Assembly: GCF_000181795.1 (NCBI RefSeq)
Contig: NW_003526941.1
Coordinates: 999,844-1,063,843, forward strand
Source of the DNA: Trichinella spiralis
Lineage: Eukaryota
Direction of reading: 5' to 3'
Length of the DNA: 64,000 nt
Shown: positions 52,565-64,000 of the stretch, piece after piece
Layout: each line of letters opens with the position of its first letter
How positions within the stretch are numbered: position 1 is the first letter of the stretch
The notes under the pieces: model-generated
The model's database searches: none
What the model was told of the DNA's origin: nothing
What the model saw: only the letters and a program-made list of their open reading frames with translations
Program-made: the position numbers and the translations under genes

Positions 52565-55500
52565 TCATATTTCTTTAGAACATGTCACTTTTGGAGACCC
52601 GATGATAAAAACAAATAGGCGCAGTAGCTATTTATTAATGAATTTTTGGCTATCAGCAAAAGTCTGCAGGCACAACAAAAAATACACAAATGCAAACTTT
52701 CTCTGATTTCAAAATCAACACAACTTTGTTCCGAATCATATTCATTATTTATTGGCAATTATTTTACCATAAATAATAATTATAATACCACACCACTCAA
52801 GTAAAAGTCACTGTTGTGTAAATTTTGCAACTCTTTAGACCATAAAAAGTCATGTCACTATTCGTATAATATAATAATCATTATTGCAATTAAAGTTCCA
52901 TAGCCACAGTGAAAAATGACAATTAAATCAACACATCCCCATGTTCAACAAATTCACATGCAATGTCATTTTTTTTCAACCAATCCAGAATTTCGGCATC
53001 AATTAGGCACGATGTCAGGTTATCAGGTTAGTAAAGCAATTCTGAAAGGGTTAATATATACATATATACAGATATATTTATTTATTTATTTATTTAAGAA
53101 TATCAAATGTACAAATCAATGTACAAGTTTTTACATCACTTCTTCCTGTAACAATATTCGAAATCTAAATGATAATTTCACTTTGCATATTTGCAATTAC
53201 CAAATATTGTATAACACATCGTAACAAATAATAATTCATAAATACTATTCTATTCACTGCCATATAATACCCATCTATCTACTTATCACTGATAAATGTC
53301 TGCTGAACATAAAACTCGAAAGACATAATAGGAAAGTTATGATAGTTGAATTAAATAACAGAAAAAAAAACTTCCATACTTTACCTGCTTTACTTTACAT
53401 ATTGTGTAAGTGCGCTATAACGCAAGATGCACAAATTAGAAGAACAGTTTAAACTTTGTAACAACTGCCCGACAAAAGAAACGTAACAACAATCGATCGT
53501 TTGCCATTAATAACAGATTCAATTTTTTTAAACTTATATATTTTAAAACGCAATTTCTTTCATTCAACAACAATAATAGTTCAATTTAGAATTCGATCAA
53601 AAAAATAAAAAAAATAAAAACTCACGCTGAGCAATCAGAGTATCTGAACCGGAGGTAGCCGAATACGCAGGCAGTGTGATCGCAAGAGTGCAAATTGGAT
53701 GCTGGGGTGGCAATGCTTCCGCTCGCTGCTTCGGCTCACGCATGATAGCCAATCGACCAGTGGCTGATGCATCCGGATCATCGAAATCTCTCAACTGAAC
53801 AAAAGAAAACATTTTGAAAAAAGGTTTTAAATTTGTAAGTTTTTTTTTGAAACAAACTACCTTCATCAAAAACATCAAGCGATTCTCTTGGAAAGGTATG
53901 AAACGAAGACTGAGCTGTTCACCAGATTTGGTTACTGGAATCAAATTGCCGGCAAATTCGAGATGCTGAAATCGACTGGCAAGCACCTCGACATCGCGAC
54001 TTTTCGCAATCTCTTTGTAGTGTTCTTGGCGTTCCAAAGTTTTGTCCTCTTTGTCATCGGTAACGCAAAACAACCTGAGCTGTCCTTCGTTTGGATGCGG
54101 ACGCCGAGCAAAAACGATAAACTTCGCCATGTACGGTACCACAATACCTTCGTTGTAAATTTCTTGAGCCATTCGAGCCGATTCGCGCGGCGTTTGACAA
54201 TCCATCAGCCAGAATCTGTAGAAAAAAAGAAAAATAGAGATGATGATTCTATTCCAATTCCCTCCTCCATCTGTCTCGTCGAAGCAATACAGAGAGAAAA
54301 ACAAAAAGCAACTTCATCAAAAAAAAATATCATCCATTTTCCATTACCTTGCGGAGACGGTTGTAGTGAATGAAACGTTATCGTTGCTGAATGTCAACTG
54401 AGTAGTGCCGGTAATGTCCTCCCACTTGGCAGCTGCCGTGCCACCAGTAATACTGCAAAGCAGACGGAGCGTGGGTGGGTCTTGGCCGGTCTGGGCCGAG
54501 TACTGAGTGATCATGCCTTTGTTGGTCGACTGCGGCAACGGGATGCAGAGGGTGATCGGCTTGTGGAACTTGCGCCGGCGTGGTTCCACCGTGACAATGG
54601 GACTCACTGCCACTCGATTGCCGTGCAATTTTGTCACCAAATCTTGCGGAATGCCGTGCGCTTGAAGACTCACTTTGATCGTCTTCGTCAGTGCACCTTC
54701 CGGGAACAAAGCCTGGACCTGGGGCACGACGGTGGAAGCGATCATGCCGCCTTCCGGTCCAACAGCATGCACCTCTTGCCGGATACGCGTCACCAGTGCG
54801 AAATATTGCGGAAAGTCGCTCGACAAAATGCGCGTGATTCTCGTGGTGTTCAGATCATCAAGTTGACTCAATTCTAGAATTTGCAAAAAGAAAAAGAAGA
54901 ACGAATAAAAATTGCACGTGCAGAAATGTAAAAAATGGAAAATTGCAAACCTTCCGGATCAAAGCTTTCGTTGAGCACTTCCTGCACGGCATCTTCGGTA
55001 GCCTCCAGCGAGTGCTCTTTCCAATGTTCACCGTTCTCGGAACGCAGAATGACAATTTCACGTTCACGGCCGCGCAACGAGGCAAAATGCGGCACTTCAA
55101 TAATGACGGGTCCGAGAAATTTGGCACCGGCGGGTCCCATTTCCAAAATGCGCGACGCCAACGCCTCTCCCTCGTTCAACGGCGGAGGATGGATCAACTT
55201 TTCACGACGCAAATAGCGACACGTTATTCGCATCGGCATCGGAGCTTTGCGAGGTGGAATGATGACGCGCACGCCAGAATGGCGGCAACCGCGCATCGCT
55301 CCGCCCCTTGCATCCACCAAAAACGATACCAAAAAGCTGAACAGAATAACAACAAATGCAATAATTTCAAAAACTATATTACATTATTGATATGATGACT
55401 CATATCAAAAACAACAACGCAAAAAATAAAATCACCATATAAATATAACCCACAGAAAATACGAAAAACAAGAACCACAAACAACAATAATACCATCACC

Positions 55501-58500
55501 GCATTACTATTAAAATCTCAACAACTGACAACAATAACCATTCTAACAAGTGAACAACATGAAAATTACCACACGAAAAAATGGTGAAATAAAAAAAAAT
55601 GGACTACTACTACAACAAGAAGAATGAAAATTTTCCATTTACCTTTTCCATGTCATCAGCTTCCTGTAACGTTAACAAAAAGAACAACGTTAGTAAACAT
55701 GACACGGGAAAAATGTATCAACTCGTTATTTAGCATTTCACATTAGCAAATACAAAAATAATCAAACTGCGAAAATAAAGTACAACAAACGAAACCATTA
55801 ATAAATACATATTATTATATCGATTAATGTGGATCGGACCTATCGCTCGCTGCTATTCAACAAAAAAGCAAACATACTGTGACGACGTGCTTGTTGCCTT
55901 TTTTTACTTTAGCTCAACAATGGGGCTTAAATCAATTTTTAAAAGACAAAACAAATGAACAGCAATGTAAAATAACAGAAATGAAACTATTTCGATAAAA
56001 AAAAATTAATTTGCAAAATTTCAACAATCAGTCAATTAGTAGTAACTGTGTTATTTAGCAGTAGAATATATAATAAAAGCCAACAAACAAACAAATAAAT
56101 AAATAAATAAATAAATAAATAAAAAGTTCCCTTACCCAGAATGCAAAGCTGAACGGACCACGTCGATATTGTCGGGCGCAAGATGAATATCGAACCCGTA
56201 GTCGGTGCTACTTGGTGTGAACGGCTGCTGTTGTACTTTCTTGATCAAATTTTCCAACTGCAACTGTTCCGCTTCCATCGACTTGTCCATTGGAAGCAAA
56301 TCTTCTTGCAAATCAATATTACGGTGGATCTCATTCTCGAAAGATGTCGATCCTACCATTGCCGCATCATCTGAAAGTTATCAATAAAAAAGAATAAATA
56401 AAAAATAATAATAAAACAGTGAAAAAACCATTCGCTTGCTTATTTTTCACTGAATGACCAGACAGACAGAAAGAGACGGTAAACTGTAAAAGCAAAGTAA
56501 AAGAGCAACAGTAATGAGAAACATGCAAGAAATTAAAATAAAAAAATGACACAATAGCAACAACAACAAACAAAAACAAGCTAGCTGAATGCAACAAGGC
56601 TGCGATTTTGACATGAATGAGACAGAAAGCAAGCTAACCCCGCTTTCCTAGCGGTTGGTTCACAATTTTATTAAATTCTCAATGGAACTTGAAAAAAATT
56701 TTTTTTCCCTACCTTTTTCTCTGAAATATGAACATATCAAATACCGTAAAATATGCCCCTTATTTTACAAACAGACATTCTTTTATCAATAACCAACCAA
56801 TCAACTATAACTCTAAAACTGCTAGTTGCAATCAAAGAAGAAGAAAACAACGTGATCAATGAATGAATGATTCATCCATCACAAATTATCAATAGGAATT
56901 TTTTGTAGGAAACTCAAAATAATAAAATAAATTAATAAATGAATCATGTTTTTCTTGAAATTTGCTTTTTCTAATTTTCAAAAAGTAAAGAACATAATAA
57001 TTAGAATGAAAACTAAAGCATCAAAAAAAAAGCTACCTGTATAGCGCAAATGACTGATACCGTCACCGGCAGGTCTGCGCTTCAATAAACCACTGTCAAA
57101 ATCGTTGGACATCGCAGATGGACTATAGGCAAGCTGTCCCGAAGTCGCGGTGTCCATCAAAAGCGTACCAGAGTTGACGTGCAAATTGCTCAAAGTAGAC
57201 AACGCCCCTCGATTCAACAAATTGTCCAACTCATTCGTATTGAGCGTTTCGTCTACATGCAGGAAACAAACAAAAATGCACAAACACGCACACGCACACA
57301 AACACACACACACAGATACACGCAAGCAAACAAAACAAACAAGTTTCAAAAAGAAGCAAAAAATGCTGTAAATGCATGCCAAAAAATGAAAACTTGATAG
57401 AAAATATCTGTCAGTCAAAAAATGCCTACATATTACACATGTCAAAAACATCTGCATATTTTTGCGCATACCTCCTTCGTCTTCTGATTCAGATATAAAT
57501 GTCTCTTGCATTGTTTCCGGTGATTGGACTTTGTAACGTTCTTCAGTAATTGTCGTCGTCTCGGTGATGATGGTCGTTTCGGTTACTGTACGCAACGTCT
57601 CCACCACACTTACATAGCCCAATTTTTGAGCTATAGCAAGCGGTGTTTGTCCAGTCTGTTTGCACAGACAAATAAAAAATTAAATGTAAAAAAATGCTTT
57701 TACAATAAATAGATACATTTTTTAAATAAAGACACCTACAGTATTTTTTTCATGCTACCGTCAAATTTGTCAACGAATAGAAAATTTAAATGAAACGACA
57801 ACAACTTGCACATCATCCGTACATGCATGCATTATTATTATTATAACTGCTGCTATTTTGATGATACAATCAAATCTTACCGAAGTGAGGGCATTTGGCG
57901 AGGCACCATAATCAATCAACATTTTCACTATGATTCCATGTCCTTGTTGTGCGGCCTGATGAAGAGGTGTGTATCCGAGAAGAGTGGCGATGTTCAAGTC
58001 GGCACCATTCTCCAACAAAAATCGAACCATATTAATCTGACCAAAGTGACAAGCCACGTGCAACGGTGTGTATCCAGACTAGAAAAAATATGAATTCAAT
58101 GAATTAATTCATCAAACACGTAAGCAGATAGGAGGTAATAAGTAGATGCGAAATTATTTTCTCGCATTTCGTCACACTTTATTATATTTATTAATTTTTC
58201 CTTTTCTTCTACCTTCGTCTGCAAATTCAACTCTGCACCACTGTCTTTCAACAACTGAGCTACCTCGACGTGGTCATTTTGAGCGCACATGTGCATTGGC
58301 GTCAGGCCGTTCTTTGCCTGAGCATTTACGTTTGAACCATTTTCAATCAAGAAAGCTGCCATTTCCACATGGCCGTTTTCGGATGCCAAATGCAACGGCG
58401 TGAATCCGGCCTTAATTATTATTATTATTATTACAACTGCAAAGCTAATGAAAACATTCTTCTTTTTCTTTACCTTCGATTCAGCATCCACATCGGCGTG

Positions 58501-61436
58501 GTATTCAAGCAGTACAGGTGCAATATCCATTTGATTTTTCTTCGCCACAATGTGCAAAGGGGTGAAACCATTTTTCGCCGCCGCCAACGGAGATGCGTTG
58601 TGTTCGAGCAACTGCAACGCTACCTGAAAACCCAATTGCTTGTGTCATACTTTCAAAAGCTAACAAATGCCAAACAAAAATCTACCTGCTGATGATTGTA
58701 ATGAGCAGCCACGTGCAGTGGTGTGACTTGATTCTTGCCTTGGGCATCCACTTCAGCTCCTTTTTCAAGCAAAGCTTGAACTACCGACAAATTTCCATAC
58801 TTAGATGCAAGATGAATCGGCAAATAACCTTTTCCAGTTTTCAAATCACAAGACGCGTTGTGATCTAACAAAATCGTCACCACATCTTCCTACATTAACC
58901 AACAACAATTGCATTGAAATTTGTCTGCAAAAAATAAACAGATGAAACATTTACGTGGCCTTCTTTGGCGGCAATATGCAACGGGGTGTAATTGTCTCTG
59001 GCGGTAGCATCCACTTTCGCGCCGTGCTGCAAGAGCAACATCACGATATCAGTGTTGCCAAGACGGCTAGCAATGTGCAACGGAGTCTGGCCTTCTCGAG
59101 CAGCCGCGTCAACAGTGGCGCCGTTGCGCAACAAAATGCGTACGACATCCGTCTGATAGGCACGAGCTGCCAAATGCAGAGGAGTTTCACCGTGCACTGT
59201 AGTATCGTCAGGACGAGCACCGTGTTGGATCAAATATACGACAATATTCATGCATCCCATAAATGCTGCCACGTGCAAAGGCGTCAGTCCTGACTGTAAT
59301 TGAATATGAAATTTAACAATACTATATCATGAAATTGAAAAAAAAATCCATTTTTCTTCTCACCTCTGTGGTAGCCTGCAGAGCAGCTTGATATTTCAAC
59401 AGGAGTTCAACTACTTTGATGCGATTTTTCTTACAAGCGACATGAAGCGGTGTAAATCCGTTCAAAGCTCGAGCGTTTGGATCTGCATTGCGATCCAGCA
59501 GCAATTTCGCAGTGCGAACCTGGAAAAAAAGCAAAAAAAAATAAGCAAACAAGCAATCACAAGTTTCAGTAACTTACATGACCATAATGAGCAGCTATGT
59601 GCAACGCTGTCAAATAGTCAACGGTAACTTCGTCGACCGGTGCACGATGGTAGAGTAAAATTCTAGCGGTGTCGGCGTGGTCCCCTTGAGCGGCGTTGTG
59701 TAGTGGTGCTAAACCATTTTTCGACTTGGCTGATATTGGGGCACCTTTCTCCAACAGCAAGTCTACAATTTGTTCGTGGCCAGATCGGGCGGCGCAGTGA
59801 AGCGGCGTCAGCAGATCTTTCGTTCGACAATCTATCACGGCACCGTGGGCAAGAAGCAAGGACACCAAATTGGCTCGCCCCCACTTCGATGCCACATGCA
59901 AAGGGGTGATGTTGTGCCGGGCCAAAAAATTGACGTTGGCCCCCTTTTCAAGCAACAGCTTGGCCATATTTTCATTTCCATAGTGAGCAGCAATGTGCAA
60001 CGGCGTGAATCCACTCTGCAACAACAGCAACAGCAATAGCAATAATAATAATGGCATAAATTCATCGGTATACTTTCGATGTCACGTCTGGGTTGTGATC
60101 GCTTTGTAGCAGCAGCGCGGCGGCTTTCGTATCGTCTTTCTTAGCGGCGATATGCAACGCCGGCAATCTCACTCGGCCACGAGTGTCGTTTTCAAGTAAA
60201 ATAGCTACAACTCTGTCGTGTCCTTGTTGCAAAGCTACAGCCAAAGGAGTAAAGCCCTCCTAAAATAAATAAAATGTAATATAATATAAACAGTGCATTA
60301 AATCATCGAAAAAAACTGAAGAACAACACATCATCTGCTGCTATCACAAACCCAAGTAACAAACAAAACAATCGTAGATTGCATTTCAATGAAAGATAAT
60401 ACTTTAATACCCCCCCTGTCAAATGAACAAAACGAGTATGATGGATAAAACCAAAATTGAGCATCAATAAAGTGATAAAGAAATGAAAATAAAGTGAAAA
60501 ATAAAGTTTAACATTATTTTCAAACAATGCTCAGAAACATGCAAATCAACTCACCTCAGTAGCAAGTGACTGATTGGCGCCGTGCTGAAGCAGAAATGTG
60601 ACCACTCTGTCGTGGTTCTCCTGTGCAGCCATGTACAACGGCGTGAAGCCGTCCTGCGATTGCACATTCACATTCGCGTTGTGTTCCACCAAAAGCGTAA
60701 CAACCGGCAACTGACCAGCTAGTGATGCTATGTGAAGGGCGGTATTCCCTTTCTGCAAAAGTGGAAATAATCAACATTCATTAATTATCAACTGATCATT
60801 CAGTAATTGTATATCATCAGTTGAACATAAATCGATCAAAAAAAACAAAGAAAGAAAAAATCAATTGGGTATAATTTGTGGAAAAAATTGATTGCAAAAG
60901 TTGGAATTTTCAATTTCTAATGCTCTAGAGAGAAGCTGAAAACAACAAATTAAACAATAAACCGCAGATGAATGTTCAATAAAATGACAAATTCAAAATG
61001 TCACAACGGATTTCACAACCATTCCCACGAGCATACATCACAGAACACTCAATAAAGCATTATCAAGTGTATTAATTTCAAATATACGCGGGAAAGAATC
61101 AATGCATACTGGAGGAAATGAAATTTCACATGCAATCAAGAAAAAAAAAACAAAAAAGAAAAATACTTTCGTTGCTGCGTCCACATCGGCACCGCGAGCG
61201 AGCAGTTCGGCGACCACATCCGCGTGGCCTTCTTTCGAAGCAATATGCAGCGCGTTGAGACCGTTCTGCGAGAATAACGAATAAAACAAAATTATTATGA
61301 ATTAAGAAAAAAATCAGTATGCTTTAAAGTTTACCGCATTGCAAGTATTGATGTTCGTACCAGCTTTCAACAAGTCCAACAGTTCAGGCAAATTTCCAGC
61401 TCGAGCAGCTCGCAAAAAGCTAGCGCTGCTTTCATC
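29968..61436 (-). CDS. unc-44: Giant ankyrin (UNC-44 / ANK2-type), multi-exon, 5' end not resolved; about 7,300 codons if all exons are joined
   Basis: Manually traced GT-AG exons with consistent phase: ANK repeats ([11 protein letters not shown]..., [13 protein letters not shown]...), ZU5 ([30 protein letters not shown]), ZU5-B/UPA ([28 protein letters not shown]), then two giant exons. Domain order and motifs match the canonical ankyrin family; the giant C-terminal exon is typical of nematode unc-44. Confidence 0.93.
41349..43405 (-). CDS. unc-44: Small C-terminal-region ankyrin exons: 43292-43405 (VETSQETE...[13 protein letters not shown]), 41898-41999 ([14 protein letters not shown]...), 41349-41504 (VTLRIG...GGGG)
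   Basis: All three have canonical acceptors and donors (ttttcag/gtaagc, ccttag/gtgagt, aacag/gtaaaa), are phase 1-1 and open. Confidence 0.75.
41758..41784. repeat. (GAA)n microsatellite, intronic (copy at 1778-1804)
   Basis: Read directly from the sequence. Confidence 0.9.
43620..44516 (-). CDS. unc-44: 897-nt phase 1-1 cassette exon of the ankyrin (acidic; N-terminus resembles an eroded death-domain fragment)
   Basis: Lies within ORF 43588-44574. Acceptor tgcag|TG follows a pyrimidine-rich tract and the donor is GATG|gtaatt. The ORF is intact in both assembled copies. Confidence 0.6.
45359..51031 (-). CDS. unc-44: Giant exon 1 (5,673 nt, phase 1-1 cassette) with tandem ~58-aa LxY(K/Q/R)(D/E)SxLE...SYLEQY repeats
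   Basis: The 1900-aa ORF has acceptor tgcag at 51032 (an alternative in-phase acceptor gives an exon start at 51061) and donor AACG|gtgagt at 45358. Its length is divisible by 3. Confidence 0.85.
48661..49356 (-). repeat. Recent tandem duplication, 2 x 348 bp (116 aa), inside giant exon 1
   Basis: 48661-49008 and 49009-49356 are near-identical in DNA; the peptide [31 protein letters not shown]... occurs twice. Confidence 0.92.
51645..52428 (-). CDS. unc-44: Post-UPA low-complexity ankyrin exons: 52319-52428, 52217-52256, 51971-52147, 51645-51839
   Basis: AG/GT-bounded open exons whose phases (1-0, 0-1, 1-1, 1-1) chain from the UPA exon to the first giant exon. No homology support was checked. 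Confidence 0.6.
53626..55336 (-). CDS. unc-44: Spectrin-binding ZU5-ZU5-UPA exons: 54951-55336, 54348-54873, 53861-54215, 53626-53794
   Basis: Highly conserved ankyrin motifs ([64 protein letters not shown]); splice phases are consistent. Confidence 0.95.
55643..55663 (-). CDS. unc-44: 21-nt microexon immediately before ZU5-A (adds KLMTWKS)
   Basis: Minus strand reads ttacag|GAAGCTGATGACATGGAAAAG|gtaaat. It is phase 2-2 and open, giving G-KLMTWKS-FLVSF. Confidence 0.7.
56136..57252 (-). CDS. unc-44: Ankyrin ANK-to-ZU5 linker exons 57037-57252 and 56136-56370
   Basis: AG/GT boundaries, phases 1-1 and 1-2. The second exon ends ...SALHSG and splices in phase to the FLVSF start of ZU5. Confidence 0.8.
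57472..61436 (-). CDS. unc-44: Ankyrin membrane-binding domain, about 24 ANK repeats in 12 exons: 61335-61436, 61167-61265, 60555-60752, 60074-60259, 59578-60015, 59364-59519, 58955-59293, 58686-58889, 58474-58623, 58213-58410, 57881-58078, 57472-57655
   Basis: Each exon is bounded by AG/GT with phase-0 junctions. Several exons are 99 or 198 nt (1-2 repeats of 33 aa), and the TPLH..A...G consensus recurs throughout. Confidence 0.95.
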
Positions 61437-64000
61437 CTTAAAAGATAATTCAAATTACATGCATCATAAATAGGTTGTCCATTTGATAGGGTTTATTGAA
61501 TTTATTTTAAAGAAATGCAAACATCTTGCAAAGAGAGAATTTTGTAAAGAAAAGGCAGATTAAATAAAGAAGAAAAAGACAAGAGTGGCAGCAGCACTAC
61601 TAACTACTGATTGAAGATCATCAAGTCCGCCGGACCATGCAAAATAAATCGAATGGTCGTCGTCTGCTTAAACGGGCTTTTGAGAAGTTGAAATTTTCAA
61701 CGCTACACAAACGGGAGGAAGTGACGGGTGAGAAAAAGTTGAATTGGCTTAATTTTAAGCAGAGAAGGCGGAGGATTTCCTCGCCGGCAATGCAATGCTG
61801 GAACAACGTGCGACGACGTCAATATCCTGAATTCCAGCGTGATGGAAAAACTGAACATCGCCGGCAAGTTGCGAGTCGCAACTCGGCAAACGATGACTTT
61901 TAAAAAATAAGCGCTTTCGATTCGAACAAAACAAACCAAATCAACGCGATTCATTCAATCTGACGATCAGAAATGAGAAAGAAAGAAAAATACCCTTCTG
62001 CCATTTTAAAATTTAAACTAACAAACCATGTAGGAAAAAAAGAAGAGAGCTAAAACTATTGCAAAATAAGAAATAAAGCAAAATAGAGCACAGATCAATC
62101 ATGATGAATAGAAAAATGAAATGAAAATTTCATTCAATTTTCATCTCATTCCACTAATCTCGCTCGTAGCATACTAAAAATCGACGTCACTTATTTCAGT
62201 TTAGCTTAAAGTGAGTGCAGAATAGTCGGTCGGGTCGACTGAGCATATAATCGAACGACAAACAAAATCGTTGAAGTTACTTTTGCCAATTAATACAATT
62301 TTCAAACGCAGAATACATACATCTATACATATAATAAATATGTAAAAATATCTTCACACTTACGGCAGATGTTCTCGTAACGTCGGGCAAATTCGTAACC
62401 ATATTTTTTTTGATTTAAAATAATACTCGTCGTAAAAAACAAATTTCACGCAAAGGTCGATTGACTTTTTCAACCACAGGGTAGTTAGTAGCTAGTGAGG
62501 AGTTTTGCAGTTGGCTCCCCAAGCCCCCGGCTCGTTCGAATTTTAGCGTTATTCGTGATTATAAGTGATCGTCAAGTACAGGCGCGCCTGCGGCGGAGAT
62601 CATTTGGCAACAACAGTTGCCGCTGTCGCCAAGCTAAACAATGCTGGATATATGTGTGGCGTGTTTCTTTGACAAACGAACACTGCACACACACGCACAC
62701 ACAATTCCAATAACCAATGAATCAATTGAAAAATGAAAATGATAGAAAACGAAAAGAATTGGAAAAGTTCTAAAGTGAACCAATCAACCAACCAACTGCT
62801 GCAGTCTGTTTTTCCTCGTCGACTACTACACTACTACTGCTATCGCTGCTATATTAACTACAACTGATGCTTTTGCTACTTCTGCTGCTTGCTGCTGATG
62901 TTGATGATATTTGCTTTTTGCTTCGTTGCTGTTTATTGCTGGAAAAGCTGTTTGATTGCTTGCTTGCTTGCTTGCTGCAAGCTGCGAACTGAGCAAGATA
63001 TATTTAAGAAAAAAAAGTTGTCGAAAAGGAAAAAGATTTTTCGAATAATAAGTATTGCCAGCCGGCTAACAAAAAATCACACACACACACACAACAAGCA
63101 TAGAGAGGGAGAGACAGAGACAGCATTCAATGGAACCGTCGCCGGAAAACAAGGCGGCAAAAGGTCGTCACCAGCAGCTTGCTAACTGCCGAGGTCACGG
63201 GATAAACACCGAGGCCAGAAAGGGACACATACACACACACACACAGTCAACTATCGGAAGCTACTCCAACGTACACAATGCTTCTTCTGCAACGATACAA
63301 TCCTTCTCAGAGCCAGGGTCACCAAAAATACAACACCAGACAAAATTACACTGAAAACTTGTCCAAAAACAAATTTCCAGCTAGATGGCTTTCAATATAG
63401 CCAAGCATATAAAACGGTGCACTTTTTGTATACACAATGCCAAGAATGCAAAAAGCCAAACTATGTCAACAACTTTCACTTTTCCTCTCAATCACCTGCG
63501 AATGCACTTCAAAAGAATTCTGCAACGTAACTGAGATGACACTGCAGCTGTTTGCCTTCTATCAATTATACAACTCTGGTTATTGTATTACCTCTATTCT
63601 ACTATTCATCATTTCATCAATAACTGGCCAATCATAATTTCAAATCATGCAACAGCAAGTTGTCCATTACTGTTGTTGATCTGTATAAATATCATAAATC
63701 ACAAAAATGAAGAAAAAAAATACTTTACAAGTATGAACAAAAAAATTCATCATCCAACGATTCAATTATGCACGCGCAACAAAGCCAACGTTTCTACTCG
63801 CTTTGGATTGTAAATTTAATTTTCAATCCAAAGCTTACGGAACATGTTTTATTTAGCACAAGTATTTATATTTCCTTTCAATTCAACAACAATGATTATT
63901 GACTTCTTCAAAACTTGAAATAAAGAAAAAATTTTCATTGTTCTTCTTAAACAATTATAAAGCATTAATTAAAACAATATTCACAAATGTCTGCAAGAAA

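Noticed and set aside
61620..62004. ATG GCA GAA GG|gt near 62004 and a GC-richer block as the ankyrin first exons
   Set aside because: The phase-2 donor does not fit the phase-0 acceptor at 61436, and I found no convincing bridging exon. The start is left unresolved.

Overview
Eukaryotic, AT-rich genomic DNA with many short GT-AG introns. The ankyrin sequence and intron style point to a nematode, plausibly a clade I species such as Trichinella (inference). The right half (about 28.5-61.4 kb, minus strand) is one giant ankyrin gene of the unc-44 type. It has about 24 ANK repeats, ZU5-ZU5-UPA, and TWO giant exons: a 5.7-kb phase-1 cassette built from about 25-29 copies of an unusual ~58-aa Tyr/acidic repeat, and a 10.1-kb exon carrying EFERLERE motifs. 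I saw no intact death domain, only a possible relic between the two giant exons. I also found a 21-nt microexon and candidate alternative terminal exons. Joining all phase-compatible exons gives about 7,300 codons; the start codon was not resolved. Downstream are an intronless ELO fatty-acid elongase (26355-27128, minus) and a two-exon gene for an unknown ~512-aa low-complexity, polyQ protein (19988-22859, minus). The left part holds a near-identical copy of 39990-44580 at 1-4610 and several duplications abutting 10-N gaps, most likely assembly redundancy. Genuinely diverged AT-rich repeat arrays occupy about 4.6-17.6 kb. No prokaryotic features, CRISPR arrays, rRNA or tRNA were recognised.
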